Assembly: GCA_963749155.1 (NCBI GenBank)
Contig: CAVVLO010000003.1
Coordinates: 615,773-679,772 of the forward strand
Direction of reading: 5' to 3'
From: an uncultured Armatimonadia bacterium
Lineage (GTDB): Bacteria > Armatimonadota > Zipacnadia > CAVVLO01
Length of the DNA stretch: 64,000 nucleotides
Position numbers and translations under genes: made by a program. Under the pieces are notes generated by a model. That model searched no databases, was not told the origin of the DNA, and worked only from the letters and a program-made list of their open reading frames with translations. Of this stretch, positions 22,824-35,325 are shown in pieces (the stretch's first letter is position 1; every line of letters begins with the position of its first letter).

Positions 22824-22883
22824 GCAGGACTGGCCCCTAGCCAGGCGAACAGGAGGGCAACGTGGCTTGCCCAGGAGGCCCTT

Positions 22884-25800
22884 GTGAGACTAGTGATAAC
22901 GTTGGTTTGCATTCTGTTTACGCTGCCTTGCTTCGCAAATCCCCTTTGCGATTGCTCGCGCCCTGGCCCAGCTTTCGACAAACCCTTTGACTGGCTGGTA
23001 GCCTCTCCCTGGGAAGAAGCCCTGCGGGCCAGGCCGGCTGAGGTAGTGCCGCTCCCCACTCGTGACTGGGCCTCGCTGTGGCCAGAGCAACCTGTCCGTG
23101 AATACGGCCAAACCAATCTGGAGTATGTCCGGATGCCCATCGGTGGCATCGGCACAGGCACGCTTTGGCTTGATGGGCAGGGCAGGCTGGCGGTTTCACA
23201 GATTGCAAATAACCTCGATGAGCGACGACTGGACGGCAGTTTCTTCGCCATCCGCACACAGCAGCAGGGCGAGGAGCCACTTACACGACTGCTCCAGACC
23301 GTTCCCGAATTTGGCCTGACGCCGATGGTGAGTGCCCTCTTTGAGGGAGGCTACCCAATTGGCGGTTTACACTTCCGAGACGATTCTTTTCCCGTCCGGG
23401 TTGACCTCGAGGGCTGGAATCCCTTTCTGCCCACTGATGCCGCGACCAGCTCGCTGCCCTGCGCGGTTTTTAGATTCACTTTGAAGAACACCACCAACCG
23501 CCCAGTACGGGCCCAACTACTGGGGAGCCTGGCTAAGGTTGCCAGCGGAAGTGATACCGGCGGTACAGTTGCTCAGCAAATCCGCGGCAAAGATTACTGC
23601 GGCCTCCTGATGGGGCAACCTGACCGAGCTATCCAGCCTGGCCGGCTGCGCCTCGTGAAGCCCTGCGGGACACCGATGCAGGCTGGCGAGTTGCTGTGGC
23701 TTGATGCAACAGGTTTGAACACCCTCGAGGAGTTGGTAGCCAGTGATCCAGTGACCGTTGCCAGGCTCACCAAATTGCGCGCCAGCGGAGGGACCTTGCT
23801 GCTATCTGGCGTCAGTCACGACCTGACCAGAGACGCTCAGAGCCTGTGGAATCAGGTCACCCAGGCGGGCAAGGTTGAGATTTTTGAGGATTTTGAAAGC
23901 GATGACTTCGGCGACTGGAAGCTCGAAAGTGGGCCCTTCGGAGGCAGACCGAGCCACGGTACCGAGGCTTCACAGCAGACCGTGTCAGGATTCCTCGGTG
24001 GCGGATTGCTCAACACGTATATCACCTATGACGAGCCTCAGGGCGCGCTCACTTCGCCGGAATTCACGCTTACGCGGCCCTACGTTGGCCTGCTGGTCGG
24101 CGGCGGCGCTTACGCAGGCAAGACTTGCGTAAATCTGCTGGTGGACGAGAAAGTCGTCCTCTCGGCCACTGGCAACAACACTGAGCAGCTTCGCCCGGTG
24201 ATCTGGGACGTCTCCGCCTGGCAGGGAAAGCAGGCCCAGATTGAGGCTGTGGACAGAGAATCCGGTGGTTGGGGGCATATCCTGCTCGATGAGATCGTTT
24301 TCGCTGAGCAGGATCCAACTGCCTGGTACAGCCTGCTCGAGCCCGCCAGATCACTTGCTGAAGCACTTGCCCCTGGGCAGCCCGAGGTGGCGCTTGGGAA
24401 AGGCAAGGCTCTGGTGGCTTCTGGCATCGCCTTCGCGCCGGATGAAATCCAGGACTTCTTCCTGACCGCAACTGACGCCGAACCCGGCACTCGCCTGCAA
24501 ACCCTTGCGCCTGATTATGGGACCTTAGTGCTCGCCAGTACGGCCAGTCGCGCAGAAAGCGGCAGTTGGTCTTCCTTGAGCGAGCTTGTGGATTTCGAAC
24601 GCACCGGTCGACTTCCAGGGGCAGCCAGCCAGTCCGTGAACGGCGCTCTGACAAGTTTCGTCCCGCTTGCGCCTGGCGAGACAGCCACTGTCAGCTACTT
24701 TATCGCCTGGCATTTCCCCAATGGAGAGCGTTTCGGCCACGAAGGTAATCTCTACGCCACCCGGTTTACCGATGCGAAGGGGGTTGCGGATTATCTTGGA
24801 CCACGGCTGGAGGCCCTGTGGCAGCGCTCGAAGCTCTGGCAGACAACCGTGCAGCAGTCCAACCTGCCCTCCGAGTGGCTCGATGCCGCCCAGTCAAACA
24901 ACGCGGTGCTGCGCGGGCCGACTTGCTGGTGGAGCGCGGACGGCTACTTCGGTGGCTATGAAGGCTCTTACGGTTGCTGCCCGCTCAACTGCACCCATGT
25001 GTGGAATTACGCCCAGACCCATGCGCGACTGTTCCCCGAAATTGGCCGCAATATGCGCGCAAGCGACCTGCTGGTCTTCCTGCATCCCGATGGGGAGACA
25101 AGCCATCGCCAGCACATCACAAGCAGTGCGTTTATTGACGGTCACTGTGCCACCCTGTGCGCGGTCCTGCGAGAGTATCAGACCAGCACCGATGAGAGCT
25201 TCCTGGCGCGTATCTGGCCGCAGGTGCAGCTCGCTACCGAGTGGCTGATAGGCCGCCTGGATGCTGACCGAGATGGGGTACCGAGTGGCAGGCAACCCAA
25301 CACCTATGACTGCGATGTCAGCGGCGCCAACACTTTCATTGGAAGCCAGTATCTGGCGGCGTTGCTTGCTTCAGCGCGGCTGGCGGAGCTGTCCGGCAGA
25401 GCCGACGTTGGCCGCCGAGTGGCGCGCGCTGGCCAGGCTGGGTGGGCAGAATCAGGACCAGCGCTTGTGGAACGGTGAGTATTACCTCCAACGGCCAGAT
25501 GACCCGCCTGCTAATGATTATGGCCCTGGCTGCCACAGCGACCAGCTTCTTGGCCAGTGGTGGGCTTATCAACTGGGGCTTGGAGAACTCTACCCAACCG
25601 CTCACGGCTGAGCGCGTGCGAGGCCATCTTCAAGCACAACTTCCGCGCCGATTTCGCAGGCTTTCAGCAGCGACCGCGCCGCTACTGCCTCGACACCGAC
25701 AGCGGTCTGTTGATGTGCACCTGGCCAGAGGGCGGCCGGCCCGATCCCTTCATCATCTACGCGGACGAGGTGTGGACGGGGATAGAGTATTCGACCGCCG

Positions 25801-26338
25801 GATTGTTCATCTGGGAAGGCCTCGAAGAGGAAGCGCGGACGCTGGTAGAGGCAGCCCGTGACCGCTATGACGGCGTCCGGCGCGACGGGGTAGACTCTGG
25901 CCCAGGCGGCAACCCTTATTGCGAACTGGAATGCGGCAAGTTCTATGCCCGGGCCCAGAGCAGTTGGGGGTTGATCCTCGCGGCGCAAGGCTTCGAGCTG
26001 GATGGGCCTGGAAGGGCGGATCGGCTTCAAACCTAACTGGCAACCGACCGACCATCGCTCGGTCTGGACGGGGCCGGAAGGTTGGGGGTTGTTCCTCCAG
26101 CGGCGGGCGGAGAATCGCCAATGGGAGCGCCTGGAGCTGCGCGCCGGCAAGCTGTTGGTAAAGGAACTCGTCTTCGAGGCGCCTGTCGAGAGGCAGATAA
26201 AAACTGCTTCAGCAAAGGTCGGCGCCCAGAAGCTCGTTATCTCCTTCTCTCAGTCAGGGCAAGAGGTCATGCTTAAGACTTGCAAAGCCCCTGTCCCTCG
26301 TGGACGGCGATGCGCTGGAGGTATTGATTAGCTGGTAG
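22884..26338 (+). CDS. GH116 family glycosidase with inserted beta-sandwich; about four apparent frameshifts
   Basis: MPIGGIGTG, PFLP.D..SSLP, YEG..GCCPLNCTHVWNYAQ, QPNTYD, DQLLGQW, EVWTGIEY, NPY.E.ECG..YARA.SSW. Confidence 0.88.
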
Positions 26339-26730
26339 GATTAGCTAACGAAGCATGATAACAGCCAGACCTACTTAGTCCAGTCGATATTCTGGGTCCG
26401 GATACAAGTTGCGAGGTTGGCCCGTGTGGTGTTTCCGCTGCGGGGTAGTCAGAGTGACGAGTTCCAACAGCTGTGCCTCTTGCCGGCACAGTGCCTCGAG
26501 GGGCTGACCTTCCAGAATCGAGGCCAAGGTCAGGGCCGGGGCGACCGGCTGCGCATGCGCAATGGCTCCTGCCAATAACCAGCTAGACCGACCTGGACCA
26601 GACTAGAGGACTGCCCTGTCGCGCACGGCCCGGTAAACTCTGCCTGGCCGCGCGTTATTTTAGTAAAGGAAGTCACTTCCTTCTGGCGAAGGTCTTTCTG
26701 GACATCGCTGGTTGCCGAGGAAGTGGCGCA

Positions 26731-27444
26731 ATGATTGAATACAAGCTAATGACCGAGGGAAAGGTGCTGACCTCCTGCCTGCACGGTGGCTCCCTGCCTG
26801 TTGCAGCCATCACTCGGTCCGAGCAGCAGCCCTCCTGGTTGGAGCAGGACCAAAACCTCCCGACCGGGACCATCGCCAGGTTGTTGAACGCCCTATCGAG
26901 AGCCTACGGCGCCTGCGGCCTGATGGCCGTAGAGGGCGATGCGATTGTGGGCAAGGTGAGATTCGCACCGGACACGCTGCCCGGCGAGGTCCCCCAATGC
27001 GTCCAGCAATACCCCGACCGCATGCTCGCCTTCGAGCCAGGCCTGCTGCCGACCTTCGAACAGCTCGAGCCGAAGGCGCTGAGGTTGTGGTGCGTGCAGG
27101 TGGTGGATGACACACGTTTCCGCCGCAAGGGGATCGCCACCGAGCTCGTTCGGCAGACTAGTGCCTGGGCGAGGCAGACAGGTTATGATGAAATCCGGCT
27201 CCAGGCAGTATTGCCTGTGTCCCCACTGCTCGAATGGACAGGCCTTTTGAGCCTTGGCACCTGCCAGCGGCTGGGCTTCGAGATAACCACAAGTCAGGTC
27301 AGCCCCGAGCTGCTTGCAGGAGTTCACAATATGCGCGCCGGCGCCCACGGCGAGCAAGTAAAGGAGCAATGGCGCGGCTTCAGCCACCTCAGCGACGAGG
27401 AAGCCGCGACTCTCTACGCCCTCACGCTGGATTTGAAAAACTGA
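26731..27444 (+). CDS. GNAT family N-acetyltransferase
   Basis: FRRKGIATELV acetyl-CoA motif, LGF; preceded by AAAGGA-N17-GAAG at 26665-26691. Confidence 0.8.
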   Translation: MIEYKLMTEGKVLTSCLHGGSLPVAAITRSEQQPSWLEQDQNLPTGTIARLLNALSRAYGACGLMAVEGDAIVGKVRFAPDTLPGEVPQCVQQYPDRMLAFEPGLLPTFEQLEPKALRLWCVQVVDDTRFRRKGIATELVRQTSAWARQTGYDEIRLQAVLPVSPLLEWTGLLSLGTCQRLGFEITTSQVSPELLAGVHNMRAGAHGEQVKEQWRGFSHLSDEEAATLYALTLDLKN

Positions 27445-29465
27445 CTACGCGGGCAGTATGACCGGCTGGCCGAGGGGAGAACGGATTTCCTTCCCATCGG
27501 CGACCACAGCGAAGCCTTCCGGCCCCGCGCTGATGTCGAGGCTGTGTCCAAGCAGCTTGAGGCCTGTCAGCTTGAGCTCTGGCGAGAAGGCCGGCGGTTG
27601 GGGCGAGACTGTAAGGCTGCCGTCAGGTTCGACCGCAACGCCGAACAGGCCGAAAATCACCGCTTGAGCGGCCGCGACTCCGCCAATTGTGTTCTGCAGC
27701 GGAGTGTCACGCCTGTAATCCAGGTTGTTGGCAACGAATGAGTCGCCCCAGTAAGGCGCTCTGTCACCCCACCACAGGATACGCTGCAGAAGGTCCTCGG
27801 CTGCCTTCGGCTGACCGGCTTTGTAGAGCTTCTCGATTATCTGAGGCGGGAAGGCCGTGTAGCAGCCCCCTCCCCCGTTGTCGATGTCAATCTGGTCATA
27901 GGCCTCATCCAGCTTGGAAAGGCTATGCAGGCCCCAGTCGGAGAGAAACTCCTCTTCGTTGAGGTGGCTAATCAGACCGGCTTCTTCCTCTGCGTCCAGC
28001 GCCCCCCCGCCAATCAGCTTGAAGAGCTGCACCGTGTAGCGGGTGTGCTCTGCCGCCGGCGGGGTCAAGATTGTGAAACCATCCAATTTCTGGATCCCAG
28101 AGCTCTCGCTTCACCAGGGCAGCCAGCTCACTGGCCCTTGCTTCGAATACCTGCGAGTCGCGCCCCCCAAGCCTGCACAACTTCGCCGCCAACTGGCAGG
28201 TTGTGCAGCGCCTGCCGTTGAGATCGGGCAGCACGTTGTCATACCTGTAGGATTTACGCAGCTCCAGATGGTTGTTGCCAGTGCCATAGTCAATCAGACG
28301 GGCTGGCTGGGCCAAATTGTCACCATAAGTTGCGTGATAGATCACGTGATCGAGGACTGACCTGCGGTCGACAAGCTCGTGCAAGAAAGTCGTGTCGCCC
28401 GTGAGCAGCACATAGAAGTAGATCAGATGGACAAGTTTCTCCTGATTCACTGGGTACCAGGGGCCAAAGGCTTCACCGGTGACGGGAGTAAAGGCAAAAT
28501 GGCTGGTCATATCTGAAGCCAGAAACTGCTTGATATGGGCGCGACTGGCCGCTGGATCGAAGAGAGGCAGCAGTTCCCAGGCCTCGCCGAAGTCCCAGAG
28601 ATAACAGCAAAAGCAGCCTCCGTTGATTCCGCCGGTGCTGTAATACGGATTCAGTACAAGCTCCGGGATATGCCACTGGTTGAGGAGGAGATGCACCAGT
28701 GAACGGTTGTACCACTTCACCAGACGCTCGTCCGAGGCCTCAAGGCGCGGCAGGCGGTCGAAGAGGTCGGCAGCAAGGGCCTCCCAGTCGGCACTCGGCG
28801 TTGGTAAGGGTCGTGGCAGGCTCCGCAAGGAGGGCCTGCAGAGGCTTCATGGCTTCAGCTTCAGGCCCGAGGGCGAAGGCCAGGTGGAAGGTGCGGGCCT
28901 GTCCGGCGGCCAGTTCAAGGCGGCCTTCCCAGTGGTCCGCATAACCAAGCCAGCTCATACCGGCCAGGTCGGTGGCGAGCGCAAGGGCGCCGGCAGTGTT
29001 ACGTCTGAGGAGGAGGCTGCCGGTGCTGATTACGTCCGTCGGGTCAGTACAAGTGGGATAGGAGAACTCCCAGAAAGCTTCATAACCGAAGCCTCCGCGC
29101 ACCACGAACTGCACCGGCACCGAGACGGGCTTCGGGCCTGGGTTGCTCACCGTCAGGGCCAGCAAGCCCCCTCGCCCATCTGGCGGCAACACCAGCTTGC
29201 TTTCGATTTCGAGCCCTTCGAGCGAGCCGCGCCTGATCACCTCAAAGGGCAGCCAGGTATACTCCGTTGTCGGCGCCTTCTCGCCGAAAAACCGGACTTC
29301 CAAGAGGAAGTCACTGCTGGCGCACGGCGGGGCGAAAAGCCCTCTGACGGAGCCGACGTCCCGGTAAGGCACGCCAACGGTCATCGCCCAATTGGCGATG
29401 CCGAGATGGGCTTCATCCAGCAGGTTGCGCCTGCCGTCCAGCGCGAACAGGTCGAGGTTGCCCAA
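27445..29465 (-). CDS. Cytoplasmic (alpha/alpha)6 glycoside hydrolase, MGH1/GH63-like; apparent frameshifts near 28800 and 28060
   Basis: YLWDF, DLN, RELWD..GWF, EEFLSDWGLHSLSK.D.AYD; TTG start with GGAGG. Confidence 0.7.
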
Positions 29466-29490
29466 GGCGACTTCCTCCCAGGCTAACGTG

Positions 29491-32400
29491 TCAGAACTCG
29501 AACCGCGTAAAGGCCGTGAGCCTCTCACCCGCTGCCTCGAACTGGTCGGGCGCAGCAGCCAGGATCAGGTTGCGAGCTTGCTCTTCATCGAAGGCAAGCG
29601 CGCCGATCTGGACTTCGAGGCCTTCAAGGCGTTGCCAGGCGCCATATTGCAGTTCGCCAAGTTCGATCCGCTTGCCGGCAAGGCCAGCGAAGGAGAGGCT
29701 GGCCTTTGTTTCGCTCGGAAGGCGGCGTCCACTCATCACCTGGCACCGGCGCAATCAGAAGCTGCTGGCTTGCGGCCAGGTCCTTGCCATCCAGCGCGAT
29801 GACGAAGGCGTGACCTGTTATCGAGAGCAACTGCTGGCCGTCGCGCATCACAGGCCCCTGAGCCTCCACTTGCACTAGATTTCCGGCGGCGTCCTGCACC
29901 AAAAGGCCAGGCCTTAGTGGCGCAAGTGTGAGGTCAAATACCGTTCCCCTTGAGGTCGTAAGGCTGACGGTGCGCGATTCAGCCCTCTGGTTGTACAGGA
30001 CATAAGCCTCGCCTCCTTCCAAAAGTGGAAGCCGGAAGCAACGCACATCGGCCGTGTCAGGCGAAAGCGTGTTGCGCTGGATGCCGGCCGACTTCAGCAC
30101 GGCCAGGTAGAAGGGCCGATACCAGGCCTGCGGGTCGAAGCTTGCCTCGATCGGGTCGGCCGAGAAGATGACCTGCCCCTGACCGAGTTTTACACGCGTG
30201 ACGACAGGCTCGCCAGTGTCAGTGGTTGCAAGTGCCTCAGCCCCGGCCAGACGCCACTGGCTTGCCGGATTGACAGTACCAGTGCCCAGATCGCCGGCTT
30301 CCGCCGTCCAGGTGATGGGTGTGGACGTGGCGTCCTGACGCTGGAAGTGGGGATAGTGCTCGCCCACACGCTCTAATCCCATCAAGGTCTGCATGCGTTC
30401 GGGGCCGGCTAGATTCCGCTGGGCGTCATATGAGAGTTCTCCGGAGCAATAAAGCACCCCACCCGCTTCTACAAAAGCTTGAAGCTGGGCAATAACCTCA
30501 TCCGAAGCGCACCAGGGGGTCGGGTAGAAAAGCGCCTTCACGCCCTGAGGCAGTTGGCCGAGGTCCTGTTCGTCAATCACGCCGATATCCACCTGACAGT
30601 CCGAAAGCAAACTGAAGCAACGTCGCACCGCGTCGATGATGGCGTTTTGCTCTCCCCCGCCCCACTGATGCGCCGTCGGGAAGACGACCAGCACTTCGGG
30701 CTGCTTGTAGACTGGCTCAAGCTGGCCGAAGGCAAAGGCCTGCGCCCGCATCCCCGTCGCCGAGGCGCGCGGGACCAGATCCTGATGCACCTGGCCGAAG
30801 GGGAAAGTGCCTTCCATCGGATCGCGCCAGTGCCAGGTGTCGAGGGCAGTGCCGCCCAGGCCGAAGACGTAATGCCCCAGCGCAAGGAAGCGCCTGGCGT
30901 AGTCGGCATCGGTTTCCGCCCCTCCCCCCGCAGCCAGAAAGGTCGGATGGTTGCGCGCCCCGCATTCACCGACCAGGAAGGGCTTGCCCAGGGCGCGCAG
31001 GTCTATCTCCTTCACCTGATTATGGTAGTCGGGAATCGCCCCGTAGAAGTGCGTGTCGTTGAAGTCCATCTCCTCGGAGGCGTACCGGTTGGCCCAGATG
31101 CGATCGGTAGTGGCAAACCGCTGCATCCAGCCGACCGCGACCAATCGCTCAGGATCGGAAAGCCGCACCCCATCGCGAGTGTTCTCCGCCCAGGCCTTCT
31201 GCAAATCGGCCCAGGCCTGGTGGGTGTCTGGGGTAGGGATATCATCCCATCCGCCATCAAGCGCCTTTGGTTCCACCTGGCCCAGGGTCAGTGAGTCTTC
31301 CTGCCAGGCGGCTCTGAGCGCCGCATCGGTCTGGTACTTCGTAGACAGCCAGGCGTTGACGCCTTCTTTCTGACCAGGCGTGGTAAGGCCAAAGGTTGGC
31401 TCGTTGCGGACATCTACAAGCACCCAGGGGTTATTGCGATAGCGTTCTCCAAGGTGCACGGAGGTCTCGAGCTGGGCGGCAAGCTGGGCCGCATCGGCGG
31501 TGATGTCGTTGTTTACCGCGTGGTAGAAGACGATGCGATGTTGCTCGGCAAGCTGCACCATGGCATCCGACTGGCGCCTGTCTTCCTCGGTCTTGAAGGG
31601 CACAAACAGGCGCGAGATATGCAGGCCCATATCTTGCATCGTGCGATAATCGCGCTCGAACTTCAGCGGGCTGCGCGCCGTCACCGAACCGTTCTGACCC
31701 CAATAGGACTGGCTGCCCAGAAGCAGGCTCGGGCGGTCGCCAAGCCGGAAATAAGCGCCATCCGAGGTGATGAGCTGGGCTTGGAGTTCAGGCCGCAGGC
31801 GGGTAACCACCAGGCCATTCTCCTCCGCGTCAATTGGCTTGCCATCCTCCAGCAGCGTGAAGACGAAATAGTAGAAAGAGGCTTTCTCGCTGCCCGGGGG
31901 CGTCCAGCTTACCTCCACGTTGCGCTCTCCACCCGCAGTAAGGGTCACAGGCGTCTCGTGCGAGAAGCTGACAGCAGGCTTGGAGGCAGCTTCCAGGCCA
32001 TCCCAGTCGGGAAAAACTTCAAGGCGCAAGCTCCCGGAGAAGTCTTCCTGTCCGAAATCCACAAGGCTGGTCTTGAACAGCAGTTCCTCCCCAGGCTTGT
32101 AGGCTGAATAGCCAGCCGTGGTGTCATGCAGATAGCACCGCTTGACAAGCGCCTCGAGGGTTGCCAGGAAAAGAGCGCGCCCCTGGGTAGATTCAGGCCC
32201 GAACAGGTCGCTGTTGGTGGCGCCGAAGAAGGCCCAGCTTGCGCCTTTATAGAAGCCCGACCAGGTGTGCATCAGGCTGCCCAGCGCGCCTCGAGGTCTT
32301 CCAAACCGGTCGCGCGTCTCAAGGAGGGGAATAAGTCGCGCCAGGTTCGGCCCAAAGCCGTGGCCCTGGTTGCTGATGACGCCGACAGCTGCCAGGCCCT

Positions 32401-34126
32401 CGAAGGGGCCGGCGAAGGCTGCCTCCGGCCTGGTGACATACTGCAACCTGGCAGGTACGGCCTCGGTTGCGAATTCGAGCGGATGGGCAGAGTCGAAGAC
32501 GCCAATTTGGTCGGCGTTCACGTACAGGGCGTCCCGCTGGTCGCCCTCGCGAGTGTTGAGACTGGCCTGCCGGCCGCGCAGGTCAGCCAGAGGGTCAGTC
32601 TGGACGGCCAGCGAGTCGAACCAGAAATGCTGGGGCGTATTGGGACTGGCGCATGACGCATCCACTGCCACCGAGCAGCGCGCGACCTGGGCTGGATTGA
32701 TCAAGTCTCCTGGCCCGCCCCGGCCTGGCGCCTGGCTGTCCCAGTAACTCAAGTCTTGCCGGTAGAGGGTATACTGCTGCCACTCGGTCGAAAGGCGCAC
32801 CTTGGTGCGCCAGCGAGAGCCATCTTCCTCGACCCATTCGAAGGCAAGCCACGGGGTCAGGGCATCGCCCTTCGCCCAGAAGCGGGTGACCTGCCAGTCG
32901 ACGGGTAACTGGCCTTCCACCGGGAAATCGAAGGTGGCCCACATCCCCATCGGGCGCGCGGCGAAATCGAGCCCCTGCCCCTGGCCCTCCGGGCCTGGCG
33001 AGAGAGCCGGCTCACCCGGCTTGCCAGCGCCATCATGCCCCAGGCTGTAGCCGGCAGGCAATCCAGCTTCAAAATCCACCACATAGTGCAGAGGCGAGTC
33101 GGGCGCAGGCAGGTTGGAGGTCGGCAGCCACTTGCCCTCCCAGCGCTGCTGGAGGCTGTCGAAGGTGTAGCCGCCCATCGAGAAGAAGGCTCCCCCTTGT
33201 TGCAGGAAGCCTTTGAAGGCTTCTACCGCGGGGGCCGGGAAGGCGTCCCCATACGGCAGCACCAGCACCGCGAAAGGCCAGCCTGAACCTGCCAGATTGG
33301 CGGCAGGCCCTCGCAGCAGGTAGGGATTAGCCAGTTGCTCGCCAGTCAGAAAGTAGGGGGCATAACCGGCCTCGGCAAGCCAGCCGGCAAGCCTCTCAGG
33401 ATCGGTGGGCGTCCCTGAAGTCACAAATTCGTCTCGCAGCACGGCAACAGCTGTCTGTCCCTGCATCGGGGGCTGCTGGGCGGCAAAGAAAGTTGCAGCT
33501 TCTGCCGCGAGCGCTGCGCGTTGCTGACTCATATGCATATCCTCCGGAGCTGGCGCATACTGGCTGGCTGCGCTGGCTTGCTCGAACTGCACATCATCCA
33601 CCCAGGCGACCCCGTGCCCGTAAAGCAGCACGAGCGCGGCCACTTTCGCAGTGCCTTCGGGGACGGTCCCCGTCACCTCGAGGCGCGTCCAATCGGTCGA
33701 GGTGCCAGTTAACTGCGGCTGGGAATCGAAATTGGCGATGCGCTCTCCGTCGGTGCGATAGCAGTTGATGCTGCAGTAAACGCCCACGCCATCGTGGACT
33801 TCTTCGGCCTGGGCATAGGCGCTGAGAGTATAAGCGCGGCCTGGCAGCACGCTGGTTATCTCCTGGCGCACTTGAAACCAGTCGAGGGCGGCCTCATCCG
33901 GGCAAGTGAATCTGAGGCTGTAGTCGCCGGTTCTGGCCCGGTCAGGATCGGGCACAAGACTGGCTCCCCCAGGCATACTGGCCACAGCCCATTTGTGAGG
34001 GAACCCTCCAACATCGGGGCCAAAGTCGAAGCTGGAGTTCACCAGCAGGTTGCTCTGGGCCAAGGCTGCCGAAGCCAGCAGCAAGACTAACGCAAAGAGG
34101 GAAAGGATTTTTTCCACAGAGACCAC
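29491..34126 (-). CDS. About 1540 aa secreted modular glycoside hydrolase (CBM4/9-like, second CBM-like, GH42/GH5-like barrel, trimerisation domain); apparent frameshift near 29712
   Basis: NLLVNSSF..AWVDDVQF; VDVRNEP, DTHFY, KPFLVGECG. Confidence 0.78.
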
Positions 34127-34148
34127 CCCGATTAACTGTTAAGAGTAG

Positions 34149-34213
34149 ATTAGCGCTTCCGGTGGCGTTTCCTGCCAGCCAAGGCGGCAGGGAACCACCG
34201 CGCCGGCGCGAAC
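34149..34213. promoter_or_regulatory. Back-to-back sigma-H-like promoters
   Basis: Minus GCAGGA-N17-TAAT (34149-34175); plus GCAGGG-N17-GAAC (34187-34213). Confidence 0.55.
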
Positions 34214-34224
34214 CGGAGGCTCAA

Positions 34225-35308
34225 ATGACCTATCGTGAACGGGTAATCAACCTGGTGCAAGGCCAGCCGGTGGATGCGCTGCCTTTCAAGCACGCCTTTG
34301 GGCTGATGCCCGGCGTGTTTGACGCCTGGCGAGATGAGGGGCTACCAGCAAGCGTTGCGAGCGAGGCGCAGGTGGCCGAGTGGGCGGGGTTCGAATTCCC
34401 TGGCGCGCCTGTCCGCGTGAACCTGGGGCCACTGCCGGCGAGAGCCAGCGGCGTTGCTGCGTGAGGACGACCGCTGGGTCATCCGGCGCGATGAGTGGGG
34501 CCGGGTGACGCGCCTTTTGAAGGGCTACGCCTCGCTGCCCATCCCGCTGGAGTTTCCAGTCCGCGATGCGCGCGACTGGCAGGCCTGGCAAGCGCGACTC
34601 GTCTTCTCGCCCGACCGGCTGCTGCCTGGACTGGCGGAACAAGCCGCTGCAACGCGCGCCCGGGGCGGTCTTTCCGTCTTCTCGGCGCTTGGTTTCTACT
34701 GGCTGCCACGCCAGCTTATGGGCGATGAGGCGCTGTGCCTCGCGTATTATGACCAACCCGACCTCGTCCATTCGATGTGCAACGCCTGGGCAGACCTGCT
34801 GGCCGAGGCGCTCGAAGCTACCTGTGCGAGAGTCCAGGTAGACCAGCTTCACCTGGGCGAGGATATGGCCTACCGGGGCGGGAGCCTCATCAGTCGCGCG
34901 ACTTTCGATACATTTCTGGCGCCGCACTACCGGAGGTTGGCGAGGTTAGCGGAGAAAGTGGGCATACCCGTCTTTTCGGTGGATTCCGACGGCGACCTGA
35001 ACGAGCTGGCCGGCTGGCTTGTCGACTGCGGAGTCAACCTCGTATTGCCCTGTGAGGTGCAGGCAGGCAATGATGTGCGGGTCCTGAGAGACCGCTACGG
35101 GCCGCATCTTGCGGTCGAGGGCGGCCTTGAGAAGCAGACCCTCACGCGCGGCATCGAGGCCGTTGATGCGCTGCTCGAAGAGCTTGTGCCCGCAATGAAG
35201 GCGCGTGGCGGCTGGGTTGCCAGTCTCGACCATCGCGTGGTCCTGGGCACAAAGCTTCAGGCTTTCGTCCACTATGTGAAGCGGCTCTCTGAGCTGCTGC
35301 GTTATTGA
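34225..35308 (+). CDS. Uroporphyrinogen decarboxylase (URO-D/MtaA-CmuA) fold protein; apparent frameshift near 34440
   Basis: MTYRERV, DEWG, GEDMAY, LISR..F..FL.P.Y, DSDGD, GGLEK, GGW...DH. Confidence 0.85.
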
Positions 35309-35325
35309 CTCTGGGAGGTTCTCCG

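Noticed and set aside
27445..34126. One giant fused gene of more than 2200 aa
   Set aside because: Stop at 29491 followed by a separate GGAGG RBS and TTG start at 29465
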